Positions 22,970 to 36,061 are shown, numbered from the stretch's first letter. The stretch is DNA of 64,000 nt from the human T2T-CHM13v2.0 reference genome, Homo sapiens (GCF_009914755.1 NC_060934.1); one strand, 5' to 3'. Numbers and translations: made by a program. The notes: generated by a model not told the origin, from the letters alone.

Positions 22970-23710
22970 GAACACAAAGATTTATTCAATAGATATTTTA
23001 TTAGCATCTAAAGTCTGTAAGGCACGATGATTAGCATGGTCAGAAAGAATAAATCTCTGCCTTCGAAAAGCATGCACTAGTTTCCTGATTTTAGGAAGCA
23101 GGGTTTAGAAGTTCATACCTGTCCATGTTTAAGCGCTTGCTTACTAACCCAATGTATGCCATCTTTTTTCTTATGCGCATTTCAGTGGTCCAGTCATTTG
23201 TAATTAAAATAGCCCAGACTAACAAAAGGCATACGCTGGCCTTACTACCAAGGGGATCATCAGCAGCAAGACAGATGGCATTGAATTGGAGGAAGGTCAG
23301 AAAATGCATCCTGGAGGAGGTGGCATTCAAAGGAGGCAGGGCTTTCATAAACAGATTATCAATGAAGAAGTGGTCTAGGCAGAATAAGCAGCATGGAGGA
23401 AGCCATGAGACTGTCCCATGCCTCCCACAGATGTTTGTATGGCTGACTCTCATCTTACTGGTGTCAGCTGGGATTTCATCTTCTCAAGATAGCCTTCTTT
23501 GACCACCCTAATATCCTGAGTTACACTCCACCGTATTTTTTGATTTACAGACTTCATAGCACTAACATCCTCTGAAATTCTCTGTCAGTATGTTTATGAT
23601 CTGTTTCTACCTTGGTATATGAGCTACATAAGAATACTGTCTTTGTCATCTCGCTCCCTCTCAATCCCCACTGCTCACAAAGTCCACAGCAAACATCTGT
23701 TGAAAAGAAG
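22970..23710. mobile_element. L2 fragments (minus about 22970-23420; plus about 23450-23710)
   Basis: tttattcaatagatattttattagcatcta...ggaaggtcagaaaatgcatcctggaggaggtggcatt. Then tatgagctacataagaatactgtctttgtcatc...aaacatctgttgaa. Confidence 0.65.
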
Positions 23711-24439
23711 AGGTGGCTAGGTGAAGAAAGGCAGAAAATAAAGCTAGAGTCAGAAGGCAGAGGCTTTACTAACCCAAAATATACTTTCTTGGTATACCAA
23801 AAACACAATCCATAAAAGAAATATTTGATAAGCTGGAGTATATTACCATTAAACATTTCTACTCTTCAAAAGACACTATCAAGAGAATGAGAAGATGGGC
23901 TGCTGTCTAAAAGAAAATATTTGCAAAATACATCCAGTGAAGGACTAGTACCAAAATATGTAGAATGCTTAAAACTCAAAAACAATGAAATGAACAACCT
24001 GATTAAAAAATGAGCAAAATACCTGAATAGTTACTTCACCAAAGGAGACATACACATGGCAAGTAAGCGTATGAAAAGATGCTCCACATCATGTGTCATT
24101 AGGGAAATTTAAAGCAATAACAAGATACCATTACTTACCTACTAGAATGGCCCAAATACAGGACACTAACAACACCAAATGATGACAAAGATGTCAAGCA
24201 ACAGGAGCTCTCACTCCTTGTTAGTGGGAAGCAAAATGGTACAGTCACTTTAAAAAAGAGATTATTTCTTACAAAACTAAACATACTCTTACCATACAGC
24301 CTAGCAGTCTTGCTCCTTGATATTTTCCCAAACAAGTTAAAAGCTTATGTCTACACAAAACTCTGCACACAGATGTGCATAGCAGCTTTATTCATAATTG
24401 CCAAAACTTGGAAGTAGCCAAGATATCTTTCAGTAGGTG

Positions 24440-25010
24440 TGTAACTGAGTACCCTCATTTTTCTAAAAGAATGAAAATGAGTAATTTTTTAAATTATGTT
24501 TTCTTTTTTTCTCTTTCCTCCTCTTCCCCACTTCCTACTTAACTCTTTAGAAATTCAATTATAACCTTTATCTTCCCTTCACCAGACATTCCTTATAGGG
24601 CGAGCTTATCTAACTATTTGCTTACTTAGAAGCTCCAGAGCTGGAACTCTCTCCCACCAGAACATTGCCTCAAGAGACAACAGTCAATGTACAACCTAAA
24701 GTATGGTCTCTATGAAACTCTCTCCCACCTCAGAGGGTATCTCAAGACAACAGCCACCTTACAACGCTGTTCTACCCATGAAGGCTCCAGCTTGACCACC
24801 CAGTAGATAAGTCATGCAGACCCCCACTCACTTGCCCCTTCCCTGCATGCTGTCCATGCCTCGTTTCCTTTTAAAAGGCCCTGCTTTCTGCCCCAAAGTG
24901 GAAGCGGTACCCTAGCTTTAGGATAAAAAATCGTTTTCTTCATCTCACACCTTGCTCTTGTTAATTGGACTCTGTAAGCAGTGAGCAACTGAACATGTGA
25001 TTTGGTTATA
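24440..25010 (+). mobile_element. ERV1 solo LTR (MER66-like)
   Basis: Starts tgtaactgagtaccctcatttttctaa and ends ...gcagtgagcaactgaacatgtgatttggttata. 4-bp TSD ggtg/tgtg. Confidence 0.8.
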
Positions 25011-25290
25011 TGTGCAGTGAACAATAAATGATTGTACATCCAGACAATGGAATACTATTTGTTGCTATAAGGAAATGAGCAATCAAGCCATGAAAAGACA
25101 TCGAGGAACGTTAAACGCATATTAGTACAAAGTGAAAGAAGCCAATCTAAAAATGCTACATACTGTATGCTTTCAACTCTATGATATTTGGAAAAAGTCA
25201 AAACTATGGACACTGTTAAAAGATATATGGTTGTTAGGGGACAGTAGGAAAGGAGTGATGAAAGGTGTAACATGGAAGATTTTCAGGGAG

Positions 25291-26069
25291 TGTTAACAAA
25301 AAGAGTCAAACTGTAATTTTTCTTAGCCAAATATGAGTGACCATGGTCCGTGACACAGCCCTCAGGAGGTCCTGAGAACTAGTGTCCAAGGTAGTTGAGG
25401 TGCAGCTTGGTTTTATACATTTTAGGGAGGCATGAGACATCAATCAAATACATCTAAGAAATACTTTGGTTTGGTTGAGAAAGGCAGGACAACTCAAAGT
25501 GGGAGTGTGGGGGTTGGGGGTGCTTCCAGGCTACAGGTAAATTTAAACATTTTCTGACTGACAATTGGTTGAGTTTGTCTAAAGATCTGGGATCAATATA
25601 TAAAGGAAATGTTCAGGTTAAGATAAAAGACTGTGGAGACCAAGGTTCTTTTGAAGTCTTATAGTAGCTGCACTGAAAGACAATAGATGACAAATGTTTC
25701 TAATTTTCAGATCTTTAAAATATGCTAGACTCTTACTTAATCTCTTCAGGATTGAGAAGGCCTGGAAGAAAAAGATCTAGCTATGTTAATGGAGATTCTT
25801 TACAGACGCACATTTTTCCCCACAAAGGACAGCTTTGCAGCACTGTTTCAAAATACGGCAAAGAAACATGTTTTGGGGGTAAAATATTTTGATTTTCTTC
25901 CTTGTCTCGTTGTAATGTTATGCGCCAGGGGCAGGTTGGAATGTAAGTCATATATAGGGTTAGATAAAACCCATCTGATGATAATTGATGGTTTGTAGGG
26001 CATGACTCCCCAGGCCCCTTGGATAGGAATTTGGGCAAGACGAAACAATCAGAGCTTAGTTAGTCCTCA
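25291..26069 (-). mobile_element. ERV1 solo LTR (MER4E/MER4D-like)
   Basis: Minus strand begins tgaggactaactaagctctgattgtttcgtcttgcccaaattcc. Internal gtgacacagccctcaggaggtcctgagaac...cttggttttatacattttagggag. Perfect 4-bp TSD ggag (25287-25290 / 26070-26073). Confidence 0.9.
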
Positions 26070-26106
26070 GGAGGGAAACTATTCTGTATGACAGTGGGTA
26101 TATACG

Positions 26107-26477
26107 TGATATGTTTTGGCTCTGTCTTCCCACCTAAATCTCATCTTGAATTGTAATTCAAGTGTCCCCATGTGTCAAGGGAGGAACCTAATGCGGGGTG
26201 ACTGGATTGTGGGGAAGGTTTCCCCCATGCTGTTCTCGTGATAGTGAGTGAGTCTTAGGAGTGCTGATGGTTTTACAGTGTGGCACTTCCTTCTCTCATT
26301 CACTCCCTCCTGCCACCTTGTGAAGACGGTGAGTGCTTCCCCTTTCCTTTGTGCCATGATTGTAAGTTTCCCAAGGCCTCCCCAGGCATGTGGAACTGTG
26401 AGTCAGTTAAACTCCTTTCCTTTATAAATTACAGTCTCGGGTATGTCTTTATAGCAGTGCAAGAATGGACTTATATG
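26107..26477 (+). mobile_element. MaLR solo LTR (THE1D/THE1C-like)
   Basis: tgatatgttttggctctgtcttcccacctaaatctcatcttgaattgtaa...ccatgattgtaagtttccc...ggaactgtgagtcagttaaactcctttcctttataaattac...gaatggacttatatg. 5-bp TSD atacg/atatg. Confidence 0.92.
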
Positions 26478-27339
26478 ATATGTCATTATATATTTTTCAA
26501 AACTCATAGAAGGTACAATACCAAGAGTGAACTCTAGTATAACTATGGATGATGGTTGATAATGATGTGTCAATGTAGGTTCACTAATTGTAACAGATGT
26601 GGCACTCTGGTGAGGATGTGGATAGTGAAGGAGGCTGAGCCTGGGCGTACAGGGTTTATAAAACCTCTATACTTTCTGCCCAATTTTTCTGTGAACCCAA
26701 AACTTCTGTAAAATATAAAGCCTATTTAAAAAGGAAAACACATAACACCACCACCTTAGAGGCTTCAGGACTGAGACTTGATTCAGGGAATAATAAGGAT
26801 CTGGGGGTTTTGAGAGGGGGAGTAGAATTTTCAAGTCTAGAAAAGACATAGCTTTGAGGAGATTTGAGCCTATGCAGGAGGCTGACTGTAGGCCTGGACA
26901 GAGGGTGGTGAGAACAGTAAGGTCGTTGCAAACATCTGAACATGGAGATCGAGTTTATCTAATTAAGTGCATGTTCTACGGGAGCCTAAGTCTTTCCTCC
27001 TACATGATGTCCATACCAAAGATAACACTGACTGATTTTTTTTTCTCTCAGGACTAGCTGCTCTGTAAAGACTCTTTCTTATTTTTTCAAATACAATTTT
27101 TAAAACTAGAAACTACTGTCTTCTACATGAATCTACGATGGCTATTTTCCCCCAGGTAACAGCCTTGTGAAAAGATCTTGTCGAGGGTTGCTTGATCAGA
27201 CAATGAAAGCATAGCAACTTTCAAAGTTTTACAACAAACTGAAGCTGTCCACATGCTTTCCTACTCCAGGCCTCAAAGTGCCCTGTGCCAGATCTTGGCA
27301 GCCTTATCTCCCCTTACACAGACTCATTTCTATTCCAAG

Positions 27340-28300
27340 TTCCGCTGCGATCATGTTATTCAGTTTTTTGTTTTACATGCTTTTATACTTAGTAAAATTA
27401 TAACACTGTGTGTATTTCTGTACATTTTTATCCTTTCAAGGTTTTCAAGATTTAGCTAACTTGATATGTGTTGTATCATATTTATTTTTCCCTATTATTA
27501 TTTTTAATTTTATGAATATATCACAATGTATTTTTTTTTTCTGTTGAGGATCATTTAAGATGTTTTCAACTTTTTCTCCCAATCCTATACAATGATATCA
27601 TGGACATTCAAGTTTTCATCCTCTTTTGCACACATGTGAAAATTCCTTCAAGGTACAGAGCTAGTGGTAGACTCGCTGTGTCAAAAGGTATGTAAATAAT
27701 ACAATTTATTAAATATTGTCAATTGTCCTCCAAAGAGAACATCCCTGACTCAAACACTGTGAAATTTACAAATTTGCAATGTCCTTGCCCAGCCCTTAGG
27801 AGTCATTTAGCTTTAGATTCCTGTAAGTACGATGCTTATGGAATGATGTCTTCCTAAGGTTTTAATTTACATTTCCCTGACACTATGTCAGATTGAGCAG
27901 GCGCTCATGTATTTATTGGCTTTTAAGTTTTGTAAATGGCATTTCCATACATTTGGCCCATTTTTTTCACCGGATTGCTTATTTCTTTCATTTTGATTTG
28001 TAGACATTCTCTGTAAATTCTGGATACTTATCTTTTGTCAGTATTTTGCATTGCAAACATCTCCTCAAAGTCTGGTCCTTGTCTTTTTACCTTGTTTATG
28101 ATATATTTGGATGAACAGATGTTTCTCCATTTAATGAATTCAAACTTATCTACTTTTTCCTTTATGGTTTGTCCTTTCCTGTGTCATTTAAAAAAGAAAA
28201 TTCTTCCAAACCTAAGCTGTAAATATAATGTCTTACATTGTATCCTAAAGGTTTAAAAGTTTTACTTTGAAGAGTGGGTCTTTTGTGCATCAGAATTTAA
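27340..28300 (-). mobile_element. Old L1 (L1ME-like) antisense fragment
   Basis: gttttaatttacatttccctgacactatg...catgtatttattggc...tttggcccatttttt...tctggatacttatcttttgtcagtattttgcattgcaaacatctcctc. Confidence 0.75.
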
Positions 28301-28639
28301 TTTTGTGTCCATCTTTTCCTCTTATGGACCTTTCACTCAAGTATCCTTTTTCATTGCCTTACTCAATCTTAACTTGTTATAAGAAATCTTGATTCCCACT
28401 TCCTTTATGAATCCATCATTTAACACTCAAATTCTTGCTGACTTCTTCCTCCCTAGACTGCTAAAATATCTGTTGCTGAATTTGTAATTATTTTATATCT
28501 GAATACTGAGAATGTACATAGATCCCTTCAGTGGCCAAACAGATAACTTTCATGAGAGAAACAGGTCAGAATGGACATAATGAATTGCGAATGGTGGAAT
28601 GGGGTGAACAACAGATACACAAGACCTCCCTAAAGATGA

Positions 28640-28790
28640 GGCTGCTCCCCAGACCTGGCCAATTATTGCCGGACGAACCACGGAACCAGATTTGCCAGAT
28701 CTTTTAAATTTTGTTTTTAAACAAAAACCAGGAATTTACACTTTAAAATAAAATCCATTAATTTCTAAAGTTGGCAACAATTTGAAATGG
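28640..28790. mobile_element. MER102-like hAT DNA transposon fragment
   Basis: ttgccagatcttttaaattttg...aaaccaggaatttacactttaaaataaaatccattaatttctaaagttggcaac. Confidence 0.6.
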
Positions 28791-28829
28791 TAATAGGAAT
28801 AACATGAAGATCTAAGATATATAATCTAA

Positions 28830-29040
28830 CAGTGTTTATTGACCTTTTTTTTCATTATCGCCTCCCTAAGAAACCTTAAACATCTTTTTATCCCAATCAT
28901 TTACCCTTGGAATTAAATATTAAAAAATAAGATTGTATCAAGAAGGGTTGAAATTTGGAGACAGAGCCACAAATCATTGTACCGACTAACAATTTGTTGC
29001 CCTTCCCCAAGAACCAATTCTTGCCTTATTGACAATGTAG
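28830..29040. mobile_element. hAT-Charlie non-autonomous element (MER112-like termini)
   Basis: cagtgtttattgacctttttttcattatcgcctccctaag...ccccaagaaccaattcttgcc...ttgacaatg. Confidence 0.55.
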
Positions 29041-29659
29041 GCCTAATGGTTTCTAGTTATTACATAATATGTAATCATCATTTTTCTTCATAATTAAGGC
29101 ATGAGCTCTTTGGAACAGGTCTCTCACTCTAATCCACATAGAGCCAATCACAGAGCCAAGATTATGATGCATGCTCAAAAACTGTGGAATGACAGGGAAG
29201 TTCATAATCACACTCAGATTCTGGGAGAAGAATTTAGAGGAAATTCTACAATGTGATCAATGTGATCTACAATGTGATCATTTATCATTCTAGTCAAACC
29301 CCCACTTTAAGAAAATGGCAAAAAGATGAAACTTCTCCTGAAGTCAAGGCTGTACCACTGCTCTTGGGGTTGGGATGTAGTCCCCTCCAAGAGCTTTCTG
29401 AGATATCACTAACCCCAATGCCAGAGAAAGCAGTGTCACAGTCCCCAAAGAAGGAATAAAGAAGTGGGAGAAGTAGAGAAGGCCTCTGAGCCCATTGCTT
29501 TCTAGGAGAATCCAGACTCCTTTTGAGTATGCTCAAGGCATGGCCACTGTAGTTTTAGCTCAGCCAGATTTCTTAAGCTTCAGTTTCTTCACCGAGTCCA
29601 GTTTACGTATAGCCCATGGAATGGGTCAAAGGCTTATTTCTTGGGTCCAATCAATCCTA

Positions 29660-30000
29660 GAACAGGGATCAGAACATTAGATTCAAGTTTTGTGTGTGTC
29701 CCCAGGAGCCTGGGACAAAACAGCCTCTCTGATCTTCAGTTTTCTTGTATGCAAAGAATAGCCATAAGATCAATCCCAAGCTCAGTGTTTGCAGAGATCA
29801 GTGGCATACAGTTGCTGAAAGCACAGATTCAGAGCCCCATCAGACATGCATTTGACTTTAAAACATGTAACTTAGTAGCTGGATGACCTAAAAAATGTTA
29901 TATAAACCCTCTCGGCATTAATTTTGACAAATGTAAAATGTTGATAATAAATTTTTATTCACTTGTTTGCTTTGAAGATCAAATGAGATTATAGGGAACA
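29660..30000 (+). mobile_element. Two MIR fragments
   Basis: cctctctgatcttcagttttcttgtatgcaaa; acttagtagctggatgacc...tgtaaaatgttgataataa...gaagatcaaatgaga. Confidence 0.6.
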
Positions 30001-31522
30001 AATTTGTCATATGATTAACTGAGTTAGTTACAAGAAAACTTACTATATTATAAAAGACCAAAGATATATTATACATTATCATTATTACAGGCTATTTTGT
30101 TCTGTTGTCTTGAGCTCTATCAGCGTCCAAAACCAGTGAAATATTCTTTTTCTGCTATGCAAATTTCTGGGTTCCCATGAGAGGAAAATTTCAGCAGAAT
30201 CTCCTTTTTCAATAAAATGTGTATAATTTATCTCTTTGAAGGTTATAATTCCAACCCTGCCTTCTACATCGTTCTCCTGGGCAAGGAGCCAAGGAGGCTG
30301 CAAGTGAGCGTGACAAAAATATATCCACTGATAGGTGGCAAATAACACCACAATGCTACTCTAAGAGCCTATACACAATAACAAAGACCCCAAAACTTCC
30401 AAAGATGAGTTCCTGAGTGTGTGTCTCCTCTTATGTTTTTGTTTTCTAGGTGTCTATCTCAGTGATACTTTCTTATTTTTTCAACATCCTTATTTAGATA
30501 TAATTTACAAACCGCGACATTCATTCTATGATTCTTACCTTTTGTAGAGTATTTCAGATGGTCTGTGTGCATCAGACTAAGTTTATATAAATTTCCTTCT
30601 GAATGTGTACAAATATATATATGTTTCTTTCTCTGTACCAGTACTTAAGTCTATATGGACCTGCATCTGTAGATCTCTGGATCTCTTTCCTATGTGTGAT
30701 CTCTGTGTGTGTCGGGGCGGGGAGGGGGGGGTGTGTATTACTATAAGCATGGTGTTTACTTCTTTGTGTCTTGTCTATGTTTGCATTTGTCAATGTCCAT
30801 AGTGGTTCTGAGTACTTGCATGAATGTTTGTGTTAAAAAAGACAAGGTTGAGCAACTTTAATTGGGCCCATTACTGTTACTAAATTGTTTAAATAGGCCT
30901 GGTGGAAAACATGGACCAATAATTTTGAATTCTGATTTTTTTTTCACACTAAGACCCATACCTTACTTAATTGGGTTTAGGCGACCCTAGTCATAAGCAT
31001 TTTTAAAACATTCCAGGTGATGAGTCTAACGCGCAATTCTATACCAGTAAAGTTGCTAGAGCACTGCCATCCTTTTGGAAATCCGCAACCTGCTTTCCTT
31101 AAATTTAGTATTAATTACATCACAGTGGGGAGAGAGGTTAATTTGGATTCTTTATTGGATATAAAAGAGAACTTATCCTCTCCTTTCCTGTGGAGCAGGG
31201 TATTATCCCAAGAGACTGAAGCCTGTAAGATAACCCCTAAATTAACCTATGAAAACAGCTGAAAAGGAATTCCCCTCCCAACCCAATCCTCCTTCCATTC
31301 CAGCAGATACCTGTTTCCTTTTATGAGTACATCTGTCTAATTCTGTCTAATTAAGCAGATGTATTGCTGCCTTAATTTCCATATAAATTCTTCAGAGCCT
31401 CTGTGGGAGTTTGGTAAACCCAAAGAAGATTTATTAGTATAATAAACAAAATGTTTTATTTGCGGGGGAAAAAAGTATATTTGCAATATTCCTTCCACGG
31501 GGAGGGTCAGGCAAGAGAAATT

Positions 31523-31790
31523 ATCTCAGTTAAATATGGAATCTAAAAAAGTGAAACTTATAGAAGCAGAGGGTAGAAAGGTGGTAGCCAGCAGCTGCAG
31601 GGGCACTGCGGGGATGGCCAAAAGGTACAAGATTTCAGTTACAAGATGAATAAGTTCTGGGGATCAAATGTACAAGCATGAGTACCGGTAGATTGGGTTA
31701 ATTTCATTGTGATGATCATTGTACAATGTATACAATATCTAATCATCACATTGAATATACATAATCTTTGTCAAAAAATTTAAAATTTTT
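31523..31790 (+). mobile_element. L1MA/MB 3' UTR fragment
   Basis: atatggaatctaaaaaagtgaaacttatagaagcagagggtagaaaggtggtagccag...aggtacaagatttcagttacaagatgaataagttctggggatc. Confidence 0.85.
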
Positions 31791-32055
31791 GAAAGAGAAA
31801 ATACAAAAGGTGGTGCAGATTAGAGATCTAAAGTTAAGGGAGGGGGAAAATCCAGGAAGAAGGAAGAAGAAAAATAAAACCTCAGATATGTAAAGCTTGA
31901 AAGAAAGGGACACACATGGACAATCAAGAAACTTTATAAACGTTAGCAGGGGAAATGGGCCCCTTCCTTCAGGCTGCAGACTCCATTTGCAGTACGGATG
32001 AGAGGAGACTTTGGAGTGAGAGACTGTCTGGCTGCTGACTTTTTACTAAACCTAC

Positions 32056-32154
32056 CACCACCAATCACACTCCGTGGAGATCTCTCAGATACTGAGGATT
32101 TGAATTCTGACATTCGTGGTGATGAAGAGTCAGTGGATAGCAGACTTTCACTTA
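32056..32154 (-). other. Candidate 99-nt symmetric (phase 1/1) exon with one open frame, xSESLLSTDSSSPRMSEFKSSVSERSPRSVIGG
   Basis: Minus-strand acceptor ttttaatttttttcttgcctcag| and donor GTG|GTAGGT; lies in ORF 31943..32344. No homology recognised. Confidence 0.25.
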
Positions 32155-32634
32155 CTGAGGCAAGAAAAAAATTAAAATTCCCAATATTCTCACTATCCAC
32201 TACAGCATCTAGAAGTTTACATGACACACAGTAAATGCTCAGTAAATATCTGAGAAATAAACTGGGGAGAGGTCTGGTTTTAACAATCTGCTCTATCTGA
32301 ATAGGCTGCATAGAGGTATCTGTCTTTAGCAGAATGAAAGCCAAAGAATCAATGAGAAAATTCTCTTATGTCTCTAAATTTCTTACAAGGGGACTATTCT
32401 ATGAAATAAAGTAATTCTAGAAAGACCAAAAACTTAATAAGATAGAGGTAGAAGTAGGGACTATGAGTCAGAGTTTATTAGCTCGATTTAATAATGTCCA
32501 CTTTTATAGAAGAACAAAGTAAGGAAACAGCTTTATGCCACAACTTACCTAGAAACATCAGCCATATTTTAAACAATACTTTATAGCTTCTAAAAATAGC
32601 TCAGATAGAGGGGTTTGGGTGGATAAAAATAACA

Positions 32635-32875
32635 ACTATCATATATTGGATTGTCCTTATGTACTAGCACTATGATTTACATGGAAGGCCCATTTCACAT
32701 TCCCATTTGGCTCAGTAGGTTGGTTTAGTAGAGTCGTAATTTTATAGGTAAGAATGATTAAAATTCAATAAGTTAAATTTACTTGCCTAAGGTCACAAGA
32801 CTAGTGAAAGATAATTGATAATTCTAACTCAGGCCAGTTGACTCTAGAACCCATATAATTAACCACTACTCTGAC
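32635..32875 (-). mobile_element. MIR SINE
   Basis: tttataggtaagaatgattaaaattcaataagttaaatttacttgcctaaggtcacaagactagtgaa...actcaggccagttgactctagaaccc...aaccactac. Confidence 0.75.
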
Positions 32876-34683
32876 TTTTCTTAACCTCAACAGTATCAGG
32901 TGCCAAACATACTTACAATCACTGAGGTTCTGACTGACAAAAAATTACCAAATGTGGTGGAGAAACTTGAATGGAGACTACTTAACATGCGTATGATCCA
33001 ACTTCCTTAAACAACACACACTAAGATACTTAAGTACAGTGCAAGATATATACTGTCTCTGTACAGATCTTTGGGAATACCTTATAGGAAAGATATGAAA
33101 TTACTTTGCTTGGCAAGTTTTAAGATAGGAAATAATGTCTGTCCCACAGAATTTTATAGCTGCCCTTGGGACTATTAGGTTCTATTTCTGTCATTTTTTA
33201 ATTGAGTAACCTATAGTCCTGAATAAATTTGTCCAGTAACAAAACTAGTCAATAATAAGATTAGGATGAGAATTGAGTTCTGCAAACTCCTTATCTACAC
33301 ATCTTTTGATGATATCAGCTGTTTAATCTTCCTGAGAACTCTTTAGAAGCAGGAAGACAGATTTGTTGACCTCACTGACCTTGACTGGACTAAAACATCC
33401 CTTGGATATTTCTGTCCATTGATCCACAATAAATTCTTAATAGGAAGACAATGTCTTCTTGAAATGGGAATTAATAGGTTCCTTTTCTCTGTACCTTGGC
33501 ATTGTTAACATGGAAAACAGGGGTACAAGCATTATTCAGTTTTATTACTTAGAATAAATCCTTTGGGATAGTTTTTGTTATTTTGACCTCTGACTTAGAC
33601 TGATAAACTTCTGAGGCATTGGGAGGGATGCTTATACTCTAATAAAATCAAATCTCTATATCATAATCTGCAAGAAAAAATTCAAAATATAAAATTTTTT
33701 CTAATTTTGTTTTCCCCAAAATATCCCTGAAAAAATCAAGATTTTAGAGTTTTATGTAGTATTATGGAGTCTATTAATCAATCATTAGAAATTAGCAAAA
33801 AAAATTGCTAAATTGATTCTACTTTCAATTAGATCCAGCTTTCATCTCACCACCCCCTTGTTTAATACCACTGTGGCTACTTAGCTTTAAAATGGAACTT
33901 CAACCTATTGGTGTAAAATTTCCCTTGGAAAGAGGAAAATAGAATCTTAAGACAATGAGGATGAGAAACAGCAATTTCTAGGTTAAAACTTGGCAGGTTG
34001 TAGAAGATACTAATCTGAAAGTGACCATTTGATTAAAAAAATCAAGAACTTGTTCCTGAGGCTGGGGGCACAGAGAATGAAGAAAGAGTTCTTTAAATGT
34101 GATGAAGTTTCTTCTTCATAAATAAAAATGTAAGTGGAAGTCTCAACTATTTAAACAAACATTTTTACTACTAATCAGATATGTGCAAATTAATTAACAG
34201 CAAGATATAATTTTACAAGAGGCAAATTAGCAAACTATATTTCTCAGTGATGATACCCCATGCAAATTCACAACTTTTCTTGATCCTATCAGGAAGATGG
34301 AATTGCAAGGCAATAAGCTAGAAAAAATGTCTAAGGAGGGGAAAAAAAACTTCAAGGAAAGACAAGATGCAAACACTGGCTTAAGTAAGATAGACACAAG
34401 TGGACACTGGTAATAAGAGTTTGGTTGAAAATTTGGTAGAAGACAGGTATGTACTGGTGATAAAGCTTAATGTCCCTGAGGATGACAGAAATTCCAGATG
34501 TCAATACCCTCTTTGGGATTTTTTTATGTAGTTACCCCAACAAGAGCTTACAAAAAAGACTGTAGTGAGTCCTAACAAAATGTTTCTTGAGGTACAGGTT
34601 TGGGGGAGGGAATAGTAACCACTGCCAGAGAATCATGCAACTCCATTGGACACTGTTCTATCTCTGTTATGTGAGTCGTAAAA

Positions 34684-35116
34684 TATAATGGGTTGAATAG
34701 TGACCTCTCAAAAGATATTCATGCCTTAATTCCCAAACCTATGAAATTAAGTCATATGACACAAGGTATAATTAAATTAAGGGTTTTGGAAACAGAACTT
34801 TATCTTGGATTATCTGGGTGGGCCCTAAATGCAATAACATGTGTTCTTATAAGATAGACACACAGAGGAGAAGATAGAAGAGAGGGTGATATCAAGACTG
34901 AGTTAGAGCTATAAGCCTAGGAATGCCAGGGCCATCCCTAAAAGTTGGAAGAGGTAAATAGTGGATTTTTTTTTTTTTTTTTTTTTTAGAGTACCCACAG
35001 GGAGCACAACCTTGCTGGATTTTAGACTTCCAGCATCCAGAATTGAGAGTGATTATTTTGTCTTAAGCCACCAAGTCTTTGGTAATTTTTTAGAGCAGCC
35101 TCAGGACACTGATTCA
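34684..35116 (+). mobile_element. MaLR solo LTR (MLT1C/D-like) with internal poly(T) expansion
   Basis: tgggttgaatagtgacctctcaaaagatattcatg...tggattatctgggtgggccctaaatgcaat...ttaagccaccaagtctttggtaattttttagagcagcc. T-run at about 34966-34987. Confidence 0.88.
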
Positions 35117-36061
35117 GAGGGTAACAAACTGTGGCAACTTAAGGACACTAGTGAAAACCTATTGCAGCTAGAGGAGGGAAACAGATTAAAAAAAAAAAAT
35201 CTATCCCTGGAGTAGGGGTGGAGAAAATGCCGAATCAAGATCTATAGCCATGGAATATCAGGAGTATTGGCAAGACCACACACCCAGGGCCCATTGTGCC
35301 TGCTAAAACCAAGAAGTAATCAGAATAACAGGCAATATCCTGCATGCCTCTCACTAGGCTAACAAGATTCAAATCATAAAAAACTGGAAAATAATGTTGT
35401 ACAAGGATAGGAAAGGGACATGAGTATGAAAAATATCCTTTCAGAGGTGGAATGCAAAAGCTCAGTGTGATGTAGACTATGAGAAAAACTATCTGACAAA
35501 TAAGCCCCTACTCTAAACAGAAAGTTTTGCTAGAGGAATTGAAAGCCTGTGACCCAGCAAAGATAATCACATTAATAAACTTCAAATCCAGCCCAAATCC
35601 CAACTAAAAAAACTCAAATGCTTACACTGAAGTCCTATCAGGAAGAATGCTTTGGCCATTTTTAGACATATAGTTAATCACACAAGTCTCTACTATTCTT
35701 ATCAAGATATTCACCTTTCCACAAAAATATGGTATATTAAAAATAACACACAAATACACAACATAATTCCAAAGACAAAGCAATCAGCATTAGCAGAATC
35801 AGATATGACATAGATGTTGGAACCATGCCACAGCTTCAAAACAACCATGACTAATATGCTAAAGGTTCTAAAGGAGAAGGTGAACCACACGCAAAATCAG
35901 AAGAATTTCAGCAAGAACAAAAAGGAAAATATAAGAAACATTCAAATATGAACAATTCAAGTGAAAAATACAACTGAGAAGAGGACTGCTTTTGACAGGT
36001 CATCAGAGGACTCAGTAGTGCTGGGTAGAAAAAAATCAATGGCTGTAAAGTTAATGACATT

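Larger units (their letters stand above)
23750..26731 (+). mobile_element. L1MC1-like LINE-1 3' region split by three LTR insertions
   Basis: ORF2 end and 3' UTR (aaaagatgctccacatcatgtgtcattagggaa; aagtgaaagaagccaatctaaaaatgctacatactgtatg; ccaagagtgaactctag...gtgaacccaaaacttctgtaaaatataaagcctattt). Collinear across the inserts. Confidence 0.9.

Noticed and set aside
23091-23502. Overlapping 120-aa and 125-aa ORFs on opposite strands
   Set aside because: Within L2 relics; no coding signature.
32590-32599. Perfect MEF2 motif CTAAAAATAG
   Set aside because: A single AT-rich 10-mer in an AT-rich 64-kb window; no supporting cluster.
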